From: Escherichia phage W22
Sequence record: PV159336
DNA length: 64,000 bases
Reading direction: 5' to 3' (one strand)
The notes under the pieces are model-generated. The model ran no database searches, had not been told where the DNA came from, and worked only from the letters and a program-made list of their open reading frames with translations. Positions 38,006 through 47,938 of this stretch are shown here, piece after piece. Numbering within the stretch: position 1 is the stretch's first letter; each line of letters starts with the position of its first letter. A program made the translations under genes and the position numbers.

Positions 38006-40780
38006 TTAGTTTACCAGTTTATTTATGTCTGGTAAAAGATTTATTTCACCTAAGAAATCACCTTCACCTTCCTCTAGCCAACTCTCATATGCTTGTGCAT
38101 GATTATAGTTACCATCAAAAGAATCTGCAACAAATTTTTCTACAGTTTTTCGAGATGTGCCAGCGCCAAATACACCAAGTTTAATACCATTGATCGGTAA
38201 AGTAGGGCTTGTTGGTACTTTCTCTGTTGCAACACGGTTGATATCTATAATCTCCTGTACGGTTGTATTCCATTGTAAGCATTTAACACAACGGGTGTGC
38301 GCTACATACAGTAGGTTTCGCTCTGCCTCTTCTAGTCCTACCCATTCACCAGTCTTTTTATCATAGTTGGAAGGAAAATCATTAGCAACAATAACCTGAT
38401 CCCACTCCAAACCTTTAGACTTATGTGCTGTAGTCAGTGTGACTTTTGCTGTAGGAGAATTTCTATGCGTTCTAAGTGTATGTGCTATAGTGTTTGCCTT
38501 ACCAGAAACTACAATGTTTAACAAGCGTTTAGCATCTGGATCAGCCTCTGCACACTCAACAAATTCATTCCAGTCTGCGTAAGGTAATACAGTTTCATGT
38601 TTTACTTTCTCAATATCTCCTCTCCGAAGAGCATTAACACTATCTACCATAGAGATAAAATCCCTGGTATCTACGTTAATAATAATTTCTTCCCCATCTG
38701 CAATACGATCCATTGCCTCCATAAGCAAGGTTAAATTCTTGCGAAAGATGATAGTGTAAGGTTTTGTATAGTCTACAACATCTGATTTGTAGCTACCTAC
38801 TACAGTATCAAAGCCTTTACCAACCAAAGGATGACGCAAAGGTTCTTTATCACTTAAAATCATATTCGCAATGTTTGCCACTTTGGGGCCAAAACGGAAG
38901 CAAGCAGTTAATGGAAGCTCTGCCCCATACTTAGCTGTTTCAATCATCATATTAGAGCTACCTCTAAATTGATAAATGCAGTTATGGCTAAGAATTTCAT
39001 TGCCAAAGAAGTTAGCAGTATCCTCTACTTCAATATCATAATAGATACCATCACTATCTACAATGTCCACAATTTCTTCTGCCGTTACAGTATCACCATC
39101 TTTTACTAACACAGACATGCCTTTAAACAAACCCGCTGCCGGAATTAAATTATATTTGGCAGTGTTCACAGAGGACATGCATTCTTTTAAAGATGCAAAC
39201 GGAACTATTTCAAGGATCTTTTGTGCAAAACTCAATGCTTCACGATAAGAATTGAAATATTTACGTACACGGTAACGACCTTCCAATTTAGCAACACTTA
39301 CGCTTACACCTGCTTCAATGAGTGAGGCATAGATTGGCATTTCACTTTCTGTCCACTCAAAGCTAACTTGTGTTCCTTTACAACCTTGTGCTCGCAAAGT
39401 CACTGTTAACATTTTTCTTGCATCTACTGTACAATTGATGCTGTGCCAATGTGGATAAGCAAAATGATAATCTTTATCCTCTAAAAGTTTAAAACCATTT
39501 TGTCCGAATTGTTCAAAGATATTGTTGATCCTTTCTTGATTAATACCGCGTGAACTTGCCTCAAATACACAAGTAGGAATGCCATATTGTAAACTGTATG
39601 CCATTTCTTTTTCCATAGCAGCTTCACGGTTTTCAACAATATCCAACACCCACAACTTCTGTGCTTTTTCAGAACGTGTACGTTGCCCCAGTTTAGAAAA
39701 ACCTTCTTTATCATCGAATTTGTTAGTGATCCCTACTCGGAAACCTAAATCTTTTCTCCACATTAGGTATACCACCATCTGATCATCTTTCAGAACATAA
39801 GGTGAAGCCCAAATACGATGGTTATGTGTCATATCTAAAGTCTTACCTTTAGCAGTAATAATATTCCTACCTTTTGTACGTGTAGATAAAGTTTTATTTG
39901 TTACTTTTCTAAATGTAACTTTACCGTTAGAATAAGACTCTACCTTATCACCGATTTGCAGGTCTTTCATTGTAACCTGACCATTTTCGGTATTAAGTAC
40001 CGTGTTTTCTGACACACATTGGAATTCATCACCAACTACCACAATTTGTTTGGCAGATTTAGCATTCCGCAGAATAGACAAGAATGCAGGGTTAACATCC
40101 TGGAATTCATCCCCAAAAATAATGTCATAACCAAGATCAGCACCAGACAATTCAAACAATTTTACATAGGTGTCATGCGTCATCAAAGTATCTGTGTTAG
40201 GGTCAATGCGCTCTCGCCACAATTGTTTTGCATACTTAACTACTTCTGTAATTAGTTTGTGTTCGTTAATACCTTTTCTTTTAATATCTGCAAGATGTAC
40301 ACTAGGAAAATGTTTACGGCTGATAAAAGGATCATCCGAAAATTCAAACTTACCTACGGTTTGCTTGATCATTAAACCAATCATAGCACGAGTTAAAAGT
40401 GTTTTCCCTCGTTTATCAATAAGATTATTAATCTTAAATTTCTTTGCTATCTCACTACCTGTACCTGCAACGTTAACATACTGTCCTTCTGGTCGTGACA
40501 GTTTTGCACGTAAACGATGATCCAGGAATTGATAGCAAATGGAATGCAATGTACGGCATTCTACATTTGGTGGCATCTTACGCCGTGCTTCTTCTGCCAT
40601 GCTTTTATTGAAAGCTAAGTAAAGAATGCGATCTTCTGTACTGTTAGCCAGCAAATAAAGTGTTGACGTTTTTCCTGATCCAGATTTAGCTTGGATAGTT
40701 AAAAACCGATGATCTGGAAAAGCCTCCTTAATAGCTGTTTGCTCTTCTGTTGGAGTAAAACTCAACTCTTTCTTAGCCAT
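38006..40780 (-). CDS. SF1 DNA helicase (UvrD/Dda-like) interrupted by an intein
   Basis: Start taken at MAKKEL; Walker A AKSGSGKT, motif II GDEFQD, motif III split as VVGDEFQ / CIYQFRGS by a 346-aa insert. Confidence 0.8.
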   Translation of the reverse strand: MAKKELSFTPTEEQTAIKEAFPDHRFLTIQAKSGSGKTSTLYLLANSTEDRILYLAFNKSMAEEARRKMPPNVECRTLHSICYQFLDHRLRAKLSRPEGQYVNVAGTGSEIAKKFKINNLIDKRGKTLLTRAMIGLMIKQTVGKFEFSDDPFISRKHFPSVHLADIKRKGINEHKLITEVVKYAKQLWRERIDPNTDTLMTHDTYVKLFELSGADLGYDIIFGDEFQDVNPAFLSILRNAKSAKQIVVVGDEFQCVSENTVLNTENGQVTMKDLQIGDKVESYSNGKVTFRKVTNKTLSTRTKGRNIITAKGKTLDMTHNHRIWASPYVLKDDQMVVYLMWRKDLGFRVGITNKFDDKEGFSKLGQRTRSEKAQKLWVLDIVENREAAMEKEMAYSLQYGIPTCVFEASSRGINQERINNIFEQFGQNGFKLLEDKDYHFAYPHWHSINCTVDARKMLTVTLRAQGCKGTQVSFEWTESEMPIYASLIEAGVSVSVAKLEGRYRVRKYFNSYREALSFAQKILEIVPFASLKECMSSVNTAKYNLIPAAGLFKGMSVLVKDGDTVTAEEIVDIVDSDGIYYDIEVEDTANFFGNEILSHNCIYQFRGSSNMMIETAKYGAELPLTACFRFGPKVANIANMILSDKEPLRHPLVGKGFDTVVGSYKSDVVDYTKPYTIIFRKNLTLLMEAMDRIADGEEIIINVDTRDFISMVDSVNALRRGDIEKVKHETVLPYADWNEFVECAEADPDAKRLLNIVVSGKANTIAHTLRTHRNSPTAKVTLTTAHKSKGLEWDQVIVANDFPSNYDKKTGEWVGLEEAERNLLYVAHTRCVKCLQWNTTVQEIIDINRVATEKVPTSPTLPINGIKLGVFGAGTSRKTVEKFVADSFDGNYNHAQAYESWLEEGEGDFLGEINLLPDINKLVN
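38981..40018 (-). other. intein (346 aa) within helicase motif III
   Basis: Starts CVSENTVLNT (block A), TxxH at MTHNH (block B), ends YDIEVEDTANFFGNEILSHN followed by +1 Cys; flanks rejoin as GDEFQ-CIYQFRGS. Confidence 0.7.
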
Positions 40781-40781
40781 T

Positions 40782-41258
40782 TCAACCTCTCTTAATTTGT
40801 TTAACAAGCATAGGAACAAAATCTCGTTTTAAAATTTGTTCAATAATATGATCAGGTAGCTGTTGGAAATTATAATTAAACGCTACTGTTTCACCTTTAG
40901 GTGTTTCTACCCGCACATATAACATGTTGCGAAGTTTATCCACTTGTGCTGTATATTCTAAACCACGTAATTGATGCATTGCAAACATCAAATCATCAGT
41001 TTCAGTTTGGAATCTATCCCTTGTCTGCATCAAGGATAAGGCAAAAGGTAGATTTTCCCTAAGAGCCACCTTCTTAGGCACTAGTGAAGGGAAATACTCC
41101 CCAATAACTTCCTGTGTAAGCTGAATACACTCTTTTTCAAGCTGGTTTTGTTCCTTGAGTTCACAAACACTTTTTTGTAAAGTGTTAACCTCTTTTTGCA
41201 AAGCTGCTAGTTGAGCACTTAACTTTCTTTTTTGATTACGACCGAAACGTTTAGACAT
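40782..41258 (-). CDS. hypothetical coiled-coil protein
   Basis: 158 aa ORF. Confidence 0.45.
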   Translation of the reverse strand: MSKRFGRNQKRKLSAQLAALQKEVNTLQKSVCELKEQNQLEKECIQLTQEVIGEYFPSLVPKKVALRENLPFALSLMQTRDRFQTETDDLMFAMHQLRGLEYTAQVDKLRNMLYVRVETPKGETVAFNYNFQQLPDHIIEQILKRDFVPMLVKQIKRG

Positions 41259-41266
41259 ATTTCCCC

Positions 41267-41782
41267 CTAGTAAAACCCCTTAACAATTTGTATTAACTCG
41301 GCACAACGGTTGACCAACTTTTCATCGTACAATACACGTTGTGGCATATGTTGTATAATATACTCCATTTGCTCATGCCATGTCCACTTTTCTTTTTTGT
41401 CTGGGATAACATCACTAGCACGAGAATTATCTTTTAATGTTTGTATAATCCAATTACTTGGAAAGTGCTCTCCACCTTTCTTAAATGGTTTATAGTGGCC
41501 TAGAGTGAATTGAGAATCCCCTGTTAGAGCACCCAATTTATTTAGATGGATAATCAAACTACGAAACACATAATATTCATAGATGTTATCCACCGTATAG
41601 CAAGCATAATATTTCAAGATACCCTTATCTCGCGGATACTTACCAACATCCAGATTACACCAGTTGACATTTTCTGGATCATAGTGGTGTTCCTTAAGCC
41701 ATATTTCTCTTTCATCAAAGTCTGGATATATTACCGCCCTACTTACAGAGTCAACAAGTGGAGATTGAGCATCAAAAAACAT
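41267..41782 (-). CDS. hypothetical protein
   Basis: 171 aa ORF. Confidence 0.45.
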   Translation of the reverse strand: MFFDAQSPLVDSVSRAVIYPDFDEREIWLKEHHYDPENVNWCNLDVGKYPRDKGILKYYACYTVDNIYEYYVFRSLIIHLNKLGALTGDSQFTLGHYKPFKKGGEHFPSNWIIQTLKDNSRASDVIPDKKEKWTWHEQMEYIIQHMPQRVLYDEKLVNRCAELIQIVKGFY

Positions 41783-41804
41783 TATATTTTTCCTTATTGG
41801 TTTA

Positions 41805-42170
41805 TTAAACGTTTTCTAAATCTTTTAAGGCATTACCCAACGTTAGAACAATAACATCGTTTGCTGCCTCTTCCCCATTGATATTGGTGAAATTTGGTGT
41901 GACAAAAGTAACCATATAAAACTCGTCCACCTGGAAGACAGCAATAACACCGTCCATCTTAACATCTTGACGAAAGGAAAAACCAATCATCTTCTCTTGC
42001 AAAGGCATATCCCCTTCCTTCATTACTGCCAGGGAGTTTTCAGGAATGTTATATTTATCTGCTCCGATGTAGATGTACGTAATGTTATCTTTATCGTGAT
42101 GATACAGGGTTGCTTTTTCCATATCTAAACCTGACAGATCAAATACGTTAATTTCTTGTGTAGTCTTCAT
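41805..42170 (-). CDS. hypothetical protein
   Basis: Start refined to ATG 42170 with GGGAGG RBS. Confidence 0.45.
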   Translation of the reverse strand: MKTTQEINVFDLSGLDMEKATLYHHDKDNITYIYIGADKYNIPENSLAVMKEGDMPLQEKMIGFSFRQDVKMDGVIAVFQVDEFYMVTFVTPNFTNINGEEAANDVIVLTLGNALKDLENV

Positions 42171-42534
42171 AAATATCCTCCCAAATCCAATAATCATCTG
42201 TGTAAGTAGGATGCCTTTTATCCCACTCTGTTCTAGCCCAAGCAACCGCTGCTACCAATACATCACCATGACAAGGTTGAGGTGAGCAGAAGCAAACTAA
42301 GTCTTTCCCTTCTAATTCTAACAAATCCTCAAGAGTGATTTTACCACAACGAATTTGTTCCCACAACCACTCTTTATATCTTTGTATAGTTGATCCTCGT
42401 GGTTCATCATCCTTTAACTTAAAAGGATTTGCAAACTTTGAGGCTTTTAACCCCATATGAGGCATAGCTCTGCCAATGTACACTGCACCTTCAGGTATTA
42501 CTTTACCTAAATGGTAGAAATTTAATACTTTCAT
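42148..42534 (-). CDS. DUF4326-like protein
   Basis: Start refined to ATG 42534; YIGR...NPF...Y.EWL...CFC...CH pattern. Confidence 0.45.
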   Translation of the reverse strand: MKVLNFYHLGKVIPEGAVYIGRAMPHMGLKASKFANPFKLKDDEPRGSTIQRYKEWLWEQIRCGKITLEDLLELEGKDLVCFCSPQPCHGDVLVAAVAWARTEWDKRHPTYTDDYWIWEDIYEDYTRN

Positions 42535-42535
42535 A

Positions 42536-42886
42536 TTAACCCAAACACATCTGTGCAATCAAGCCCTGTATAAATTTATTAGCTTCTTTACTGTCGTAAT
42601 CAGTTTCTTCTGGATATCCATCTTCATCGTACACAACTGTACCTTCAATATACCCTGCCTCAATTAAGGCACGGATCATATCAAATTGCCAGCATGAGTT
42701 ACCAAATGGACGTTTACCATTAAAACACTCTTCTTCTCTCCATAACGTAGAGAGTAGTTGTCGGAAATATTCCCGTACAGTGACAGTACCAAGATCTGAA
42801 TCCTCAAACATAACATCCAGGGCATCAGGATTGCTTTTCTCTACATAAGGAATATATTTAACACCATTAATAGTTACATCAAGCAT
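42536..42886 (-). CDS. hypothetical protein
   Basis: 116 aa ORF. Confidence 0.45.
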   Translation of the reverse strand: MLDVTINGVKYIPYVEKSNPDALDVMFEDSDLGTVTVREYFRQLLSTLWREEECFNGKRPFGNSCWQFDMIRALIEAGYIEGTVVYDEDGYPEETDYDSKEANKFIQGLIAQMCLG

Positions 42887-43249
42887 TTATTTCTCCTTAT
42901 CATCATATTCTAGGAACATATCTGCACGATATGCTTTACGCTCTTCAAACTTAGCAGGATCTACAACAATAAGCAATACAAGGTTAACATCTAAATACTT
43001 CTTAACAAATAGAAATAAATCTTTTCCACAGTTAAAACCTACACCAGTATAGGCATCCCCATATTGATCTACTGATTTAATCTTCTTACTAACCGTACAT
43101 TCTATGCTATTCTTTTCTTCTTGGTATAAGGCTTTCCCACCCCAATATGTAAAGAATTTAGTACCGTCAGCACCAAGTTTAAAACCTTCTGTTGCATGCA
43201 CAGCAAATGAAAGTAAACATAACCAAGTGATCATCAGGTACTTTAGCAT
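42887..43249 (-). CDS. secreted hypothetical protein
   Basis: Start refined to ATG 43249; signal peptide MLKYLMITWLCLLSFAVHA. Confidence 0.45.
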   Translation of the reverse strand: MLKYLMITWLCLLSFAVHATEGFKLGADGTKFFTYWGGKALYQEEKNSIECTVSKKIKSVDQYGDAYTGVGFNCGKDLFLFVKKYLDVNLVLLIVVDPAKFEERKAYRADMFLEYDDKEK

Positions 43250-43250
43250 T

Positions 43251-43733
43251 TTAACCACCCAATTGCAAATGTTTAGAAAGAACAATATCCCACTGATCAC
43301 CACAACCGTTATCTATGCGGAACATAATGTACGTATCATCTTCTTCTACAACATATAACACCTCATAGGAATTACAACAGCCTTCCCAATTTTTAACAGC
43401 CTCTGGTGTATCATGTGTAAAAATTTCATTACCATCATATGACCAAAACAAAGGGGTGAGGTTTTCGAACGTCAGTGAAGTAGGGTTCACTTCATCTTTA
43501 ACTGCTTCCTCATACTCCTTATGCGTTTGTACTGCTTTAGTTAGTGTACTCATGTCTATCTCCTTTTCTCCTTCTTGACTATGGAGGATAGCGAACTCTC
43601 TAAACTCCACTTCACGCCATGTTTTTAGGTAGTGCTTTATAATTTTATCAACATCTGCCTGTTCGACATTACTTTTCAAGCAATAGTAATCATGGTCTTC
43701 GCCCATTCTACCCCATATGCTGTACATTGTCAT
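43251..43733 (-). CDS. hypothetical protein
   Basis: 160 aa ORF. Confidence 0.45.
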   Translation of the reverse strand: MTMYSIWGRMGEDHDYYCLKSNVEQADVDKIIKHYLKTWREVEFREFAILHSQEGEKEIDMSTLTKAVQTHKEYEEAVKDEVNPTSLTFENLTPLFWSYDGNEIFTHDTPEAVKNWEGCCNSYEVLYVVEEDDTYIMFRIDNGCGDQWDIVLSKHLQLGG

Positions 43734-44001
43734 CTGATTGATCCTTTACATTGCTCTTGGTATACACAGGAATAACATCGTGTTGATCTTTATTACTTTC
43801 ATCTGTTAAAGCCCAAAACAACTTACCTGCTGGATGTTTAAAGATGTAGGCAATAGGTTCCTCTTCCTGTGCTTCTTTGCTACGGATACCATCCCGCCAG
43901 GCAAGCCAAGTGTAGATCATCACTTCTTGACGTTCTTCTTCGTTAGGCCACATATGTGGTGGGAAGGTTTTATCAAACCATTGCTTAAATTCTTCAGTCA
44001 T
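43708..44001 (-). CDS. hypothetical protein
   Basis: 97 aa ORF with AAGGAG RBS. Confidence 0.45.
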   Translation of the reverse strand: MTEEFKQWFDKTFPPHMWPNEEERQEVMIYTWLAWRDGIRSKEAQEEEPIAYIFKHPAGKLFWALTDESNKDQHDVIPVYTKSNVKDQSDDNVQHMG

Positions 44002-44011
44002 AATCTACTCC

Positions 44012-44176
44012 TTAGCGTACAAAGTTAACTTCTGCTTCTTTCAGCTTCGACACTTCTACATAACCACCATGATCATCTTTAATCCATTCTTTTCCTTTAC
44101 GGATGATAACAGGATATATAGAGTGAGTAAGTTTAGGCACAGATCTTTTTGTTTTAGTGATAGAAATGTTTTGCAT
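44012..44176 (-). CDS. small basic protein (54 aa), absent from ORF track
   Basis: ATG 44176 with AAGGAG RBS 6 nt upstream; ends TAA at 44012-14 just before next gene RBS. Confidence 0.4.
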   Translation of the reverse strand: MQNISITKTKRSVPKLTHSIYPVIIRKGKEWIKDDHGGYVEVSKLKEAEVNFVR

Positions 44177-44236
44177 AGTAGTCTCCTTAGTAAATTTTAC
44201 ATAGAGTCTAGATTATTTAGTAGATAGAGTCAATAA

Positions 44237-44503
44237 CTAATTACTGTTAGATCTGTACTCTGTCTTCCATTCACAATGGTAAACTTCAACAGGTTCTAAC
44301 TTCCAGTGTTCAGGAACTAATTCAGGGCAATATCTACAAAAGAGAAATAGATAGATAATTAAGACAGGTATTAAATAGTAAAATGGTATACGATCATAAC
44401 CATACTTACGAGATAACATGTAGACATAGAGATAGGGTATAACAATTAATCCTATAACTATAAGTAAGAAGAGAAGTATAAACCTTAGTGTAGTAACATC
44501 CAT
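44237..44503 (-). CDS. small membrane protein
   Basis: 88 aa with two hydrophobic helices. Confidence 0.4.
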   Translation of the reverse strand: MDVTTLRFILLFLLIVIGLIVIPYLYVYMLSRKYGYDRIPFYYLIPVLIIYLFLFCRYCPELVPEHWKLEPVEVYHCEWKTEYRSNSN

Positions 44504-44667
44504 AGTATTCTCCTATACAGTAATATACTCTGTTCCTGCCCCTCCATGAGTGACAGGAACAATATCTATAGAGAATACTAACTCGCTTCGCTCGTCACCT
44601 TTCAGGTTTAGGGTAGCATGTTTTTCTGAAAAAGTCAATACTCTCCACAAAACTTTACAAAATACTT

Positions 44668-44940
44668 TTACATAGGTACAACAGAGTCTGTTTTGAAGTC
44701 GTACATATGATTTACACCTGTGATTTTTGACATAGAGATTGCACGTTTAACACCTGCAATTACCTGGTCTGTCTTCTTAATCTCTTCACGGAACTTACGT
44801 ACAGTTAGAGAGAAGAAACGATGATCCATCCATTGACGATTCACACGATCACGTTTGAAGTGACGGAAATCTTCAATCTGTCTATTACGCAATCGGCGCA
44901 GTACATACAGTAATTCATAGTAAGGGTGTTTATTTTTCAT
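44668..44940 (-). CDS. hypothetical basic protein
   Basis: 90 aa ORF. Confidence 0.4.
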   Translation of the reverse strand: MKNKHPYYELLYVLRRLRNRQIEDFRHFKRDRVNRQWMDHRFFSLTVRKFREEIKKTDQVIAGVKRAISMSKITGVNHMYDFKTDSVVPM

Positions 44941-44943
44941 AAT

Positions 44944-45372
44944 TTATTCTCCAAATCGAAAATCGTCAATATCATCAAACCATACACAATGGCGAGTCCT
45001 TTCTTTTTCTGTTGCAGACATTGTTTCAACAGCTTTAGGACTAAGCACAACAGGAATGTAACGAATAGGTCGTTCATAATAGTAGCCATACTTTTCTGTA
45101 TTAGCTGCCTCAAAGACTTTACGGCGTTCTTCAAGATCTTCTATGGTGAATCCTACCATATAGCCATCATATTTGCTACCCCATCCTTCCTCGCTTTCAA
45201 CAACCGGGATATAAAAGCCGTTACGCGTCCCTGACGCTGGTTTTTCTTGAGCCTGAAGGCAAGCCTCCCATCCTGCTTTAAAGACGTTATAGAGCGATTT
45301 ACGCACGTTATGAGTGCCGCTTTCGCTTGCTGGATAGAGTTCATTAAATTTATCTTGGATTTGTTGTGTCAT
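44944..45372 (-). CDS. hypothetical protein
   Basis: 142 aa ORF. Confidence 0.45.
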   Translation of the reverse strand: MTQQIQDKFNELYPASESGTHNVRKSLYNVFKAGWEACLQAQEKPASGTRNGFYIPVVESEEGWGSKYDGYMVGFTIEDLEERRKVFEAANTEKYGYYYERPIRYIPVVLSPKAVETMSATEKERTRHCVWFDDIDDFRFGE

Positions 45373-45515
45373 ACTCGCCCCTTAGTGATTATTTGACCAG
45401 CTAAACAAATAGCTTGTAGTACAATAAAGAAGTAGCCTAATTTTACACTACCCAATACCCAGAATGCAATGTTTGCAAACAAACAAAAAGCAATATTAAG
45501 TCTAAAGAATAACAT
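45369..45515 (-). CDS. small hydrophobic membrane peptide (48 aa), absent from ORF track
   Basis: TAAATG coupling to upstream stop and ATGA overlap with downstream start; GAAGGGG RBS. Confidence 0.4.
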   Translation of the reverse strand: MLFFRLNIAFCLFANIAFWVLGSVKLGYFFIVLQAICLAGQIITKGRV

Positions 45516-45716
45516 TTAATCCCCTTCATATTTAGGTAAAGGCATATATGCCACAATAGGAGGGTAATCAAAGTGAAAATGATGGTTCACCACAATAATC
45601 TTACCAGACATACTTTTATGCACTTCACAATACCCTTTTTCACCATCTTCCATTACCACCACATACTCACCTAGTGGGATATCGTATGGATCTTCTACTT
45701 TTACCCATTCTGTCAT
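45516..45716 (-). CDS. hypothetical protein
   Basis: 66 aa ORF. Confidence 0.4.
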   Translation of the reverse strand: MTEWVKVEDPYDIPLGEYVVVMEDGEKGYCEVHKSMSGKIIVVNHHFHFDYPPIVAYMPLPKYEGD

Positions 45717-45748
45717 TTTGGAAATACCTCTTGTCCATCTTCATGCAT

Positions 45749-45982
45749 TTATAGTAAAGTTTCACAGATTTCATACACATCTTGGTATGTTACAACTGAG
45801 AGATCAGATTCTTGATCTTCGACAAGCATAGCACAAAGAGCTTTAATGTCAATACCTTTACAATGTTCCGTAGCTACACGGTACATTTCACCATCCTCCC
45901 AAACAATTGGTTGCGGGAGCAAAACATCTGTACCATCTTCACAAGTTACAATGTAGTCTGCAATATTATCACGAATTTTCAT
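45749..45982 (-). CDS. hypothetical protein
   Basis: 77 aa ORF. Confidence 0.4.
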   Translation of the reverse strand: MKIRDNIADYIVTCEDGTDVLLPQPIVWEDGEMYRVATEHCKGIDIKALCAMLVEDQESDLSVVTYQDVYEICETLL

Positions 45983-46236
45983 TGTACTACCCCCTTAAAT
46001 CCAGATGTACTGCCAGTTTTAACTTTTGCTTTAAGATGTTCCAACTCTACCATAGGTGTTGCTACTTGTATAGGATTTTCCTCAACCTCATAAATATAAT
46101 ATTCATAATAAGCATACTTACCAATAGAGTGCAGATACTTAATTGCATGTTCAGGCGAATCTGCTTCAACATACCCTAAATCTTTTGTGGTACGACCTTC
46201 GCAATCACCTTCGGTAGTTACATGATAAAGTGTCAT
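45979..46236 (-). CDS. hypothetical protein
   Basis: 85 aa ORF; last gene of - strand block before divergent region. Confidence 0.4.
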   Translation of the reverse strand: MTLYHVTTEGDCEGRTTKDLGYVEADSPEHAIKYLHSIGKYAYYEYYIYEVEENPIQVATPMVELEHLKAKVKTGSTSGFKGVVQ

Positions 46237-46366
46237 AAAACCTCCTCATAGTAAGGTAAAGCCTTGATCAGTTGTTCTGAAGTGCCATTTTGCACCCACG
46301 TAACACCATTGTCAACAGAAACATACCCTTTTTTTGTCAATAAATTTACGCAGACAACCAGTGAAC

Positions 46367-46546
46367 TTATTTTTGTAGATCATTTCTTCTTTCCTTTTTG
46401 ATTACAGCCCCGTCACTTCCTTGCCAAACTTCCGCTCTGAATTCCATCTCAAACCACTCACCACCGCAAAAACGGTTATGTTCAACACGTCTATCTTCCT
46501 TCATTGCTTCTTTAGCTTCGATAGAAGTTAGTTCGATGTTTTGCAT
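46367..46546 (-). CDS. possible small protein (59 aa) in divergent intergenic region
   Basis: ATG 46546 with AAGGAG RBS; longer track ORF 46367-46720 lacks RBS at its start. Confidence 0.3.
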   Translation of the reverse strand: MQNIELTSIEAKEAMKEDRRVEHNRFCGGEWFEMEFRAEVWQGSDGAVIKKERRNDLQK

Positions 46547-46664
46547 TTGTTTTTCTCCTTTCATTTGGTATGCGCTAATCTTAACAAAATAAAAATGTAT
46601 GTCAATACTTGATTTGAAATTAGTTTCTGGTACTCTGTGTGTATCGTAACAAAAGAGGTTAGAT

Positions 46665-46955
46665 ATGAACATCACACTAGCAACTAAGAATATTACAGAA
46701 ACTTTTGATGGTTTTGGCATTATTATTGCTGTTCATGGGCATAACGAAAAATGGTTAGCCTCTTTTGAAGAGGACAAAGAACGCAATGTACGTTTGAATG
46801 CACCAATCAAAGTTTTACACCAGGTAGGTGAGAATAAGAAACAATGGAGATCATATAAAGAGTGGAACATTACAAACGAGTTAATACACAAACTTGACAA
46901 AGTGATAAACATGTTCGACAATGCACCAAGCAGTGCAAAACGTGTCTTAATGTGA
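46665..46955 (+). CDS. hypothetical early protein
   Basis: 96 aa ORF with AGAGG RBS; first + strand early gene. Confidence 0.45.
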   Translation: MNITLATKNITETFDGFGIIIAVHGHNEKWLASFEEDKERNVRLNAPIKVLHQVGENKKQWRSYKEWNITNELIHKLDKVINMFDNAPSSAKRVLM

Positions 46956-46967
46956 GAGGAGAACCAA

Positions 46968-47255
46968 ATGTATTATTCACAAAATGAAGTAGCAAACATT
47001 AAACTGGCAGTGGGCGATCTTATTGTGTCACCTAACTACTATTGGGATAACACAGATTTGGTTGAAGTAGTAACCTATGTTGGAGTTGAAGGTATTGTGC
47101 TCTACACACTAGGTGGAGGTGTTGTTGGGGAAATGGAACGTTATACGACAACGAAGAAACTGGTAAGCTCTTATCGCATGTTTTTACACCAAGGTTCGGA
47201 AGAGTATACAGCTTTCTTGTTGAAATTAGATGCAGATCGGGAGAAGGCACGATGA
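46968..47255 (+). CDS. hypothetical early protein
   Basis: 95 aa ORF with GAGGAG RBS. Confidence 0.45.
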   Translation: MYYSQNEVANIKLAVGDLIVSPNYYWDNTDLVEVVTYVGVEGIVLYTLGGGVVGEMERYTTTKKLVSSYRMFLHQGSEEYTAFLLKLDADREKAR

Positions 47256-47605
47256 AAATTGTACACGATGAAATTCAATTTGAAGAGAGTGATCTTCTTG
47301 ATCTGGATGTGACACTAAGTAAACTGATCTACAACGCACTTTCTGCATATCGTGCAAAAGTGATAGCCACAAACAATGTTAAAATTCCTAGCGTGTTACT
47401 TCGTCGGATGTACCCACACGCTAAAGGTGACTATCTACCTTATATGGAAGAACGAGCAGCAGAACACTGGTTAGAAATTCTTGAAAAAATGGAGTCCTCT
47501 TTTAAAGATTCAACTCCACCGGAAGAAGTTAATGAAAAACAACGGCAAGAGCGTTTAGAAGGTCGTATTTTGTTTGCTAAGTATTTCCATAATTTGTGGA
47601 GCTAA
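47252..47605 (+). CDS. hypothetical early protein
   Basis: 117 aa ORF, ATGA overlap with upstream stop. Confidence 0.45.
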   Translation: MKIVHDEIQFEESDLLDLDVTLSKLIYNALSAYRAKVIATNNVKIPSVLLRRMYPHAKGDYLPYMEERAAEHWLEILEKMESSFKDSTPPEEVNEKQRQERLEGRILFAKYFHNLWS

Positions 47606-47685
47606 ACATATCTGGTAAAATCACTTATATGTTCTTAGTATACTTGTGTAAAGAAGTTATCGGTCTAATTAATTAAGGGGAAGAT

Positions 47686-47937
47686 ATGATTCAGTTTCAA
47701 AAAGGTCAAAAGATGACAGTTCACGATGCAGAGGAAATGGAGTTTGCACTTAAACTTCTCGAAAATGCTGGGTTTGTGTGGATCAACGGTGGAGAGAAGC
47801 CTACAGCTTGGCTTCCGCATGAGAAAATAGCCAACCACACCTTCCCTGATAGTATCAATTGGCATTCTGATGGTAAGATTTGCCGTGGAAGTTACCCAAC
47901 AGGTGTTGAGTGGACTATTAAATTAGGAGGGCTTTAA
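47686..47937 (+). CDS. hypothetical early protein
   Basis: 83 aa ORF with GGGGAAG RBS. Confidence 0.45.
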   Translation: MIQFQKGQKMTVHDAEEMEFALKLLENAGFVWINGGEKPTAWLPHEKIANHTFPDSINWHSDGKICRGSYPTGVEWTIKLGGL

Positions 47938-47938
47938 T

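Noticed and set aside
44505-44667. Possible tRNA or ncRNA in the 160-bp intergenic gap (hairpin TGTTCCTG...CAGGAACA)
   Set aside because: No cloverleaf could be built; no T-loop GTTCRANYC or anticodon-arm pattern. It is a simple 8-bp hairpin. No tRNA-like sequence was recognised anywhere in the window by eye, though a proper tRNA scan was not possible.
8338-46236. Possibility that the long minus-strand block is an integrated prophage or genomic island
   Set aside because: No integrase, attachment-site repeats, repressor/antirepressor switch or host flanking genes were seen; gene content (own DNA polymerase, primase-helicase, RNR, fibres) and tight packing indicate a virulent phage genome.
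46367-46720. Full-length 117-aa track ORF spanning the divergent intergenic region
   Set aside because: Its N-terminal part lacks an RBS and lies in probable promoter DNA. Only the 3' portion from ATG 46546, which has an AAGGAG RBS, is retained, with low confidence.
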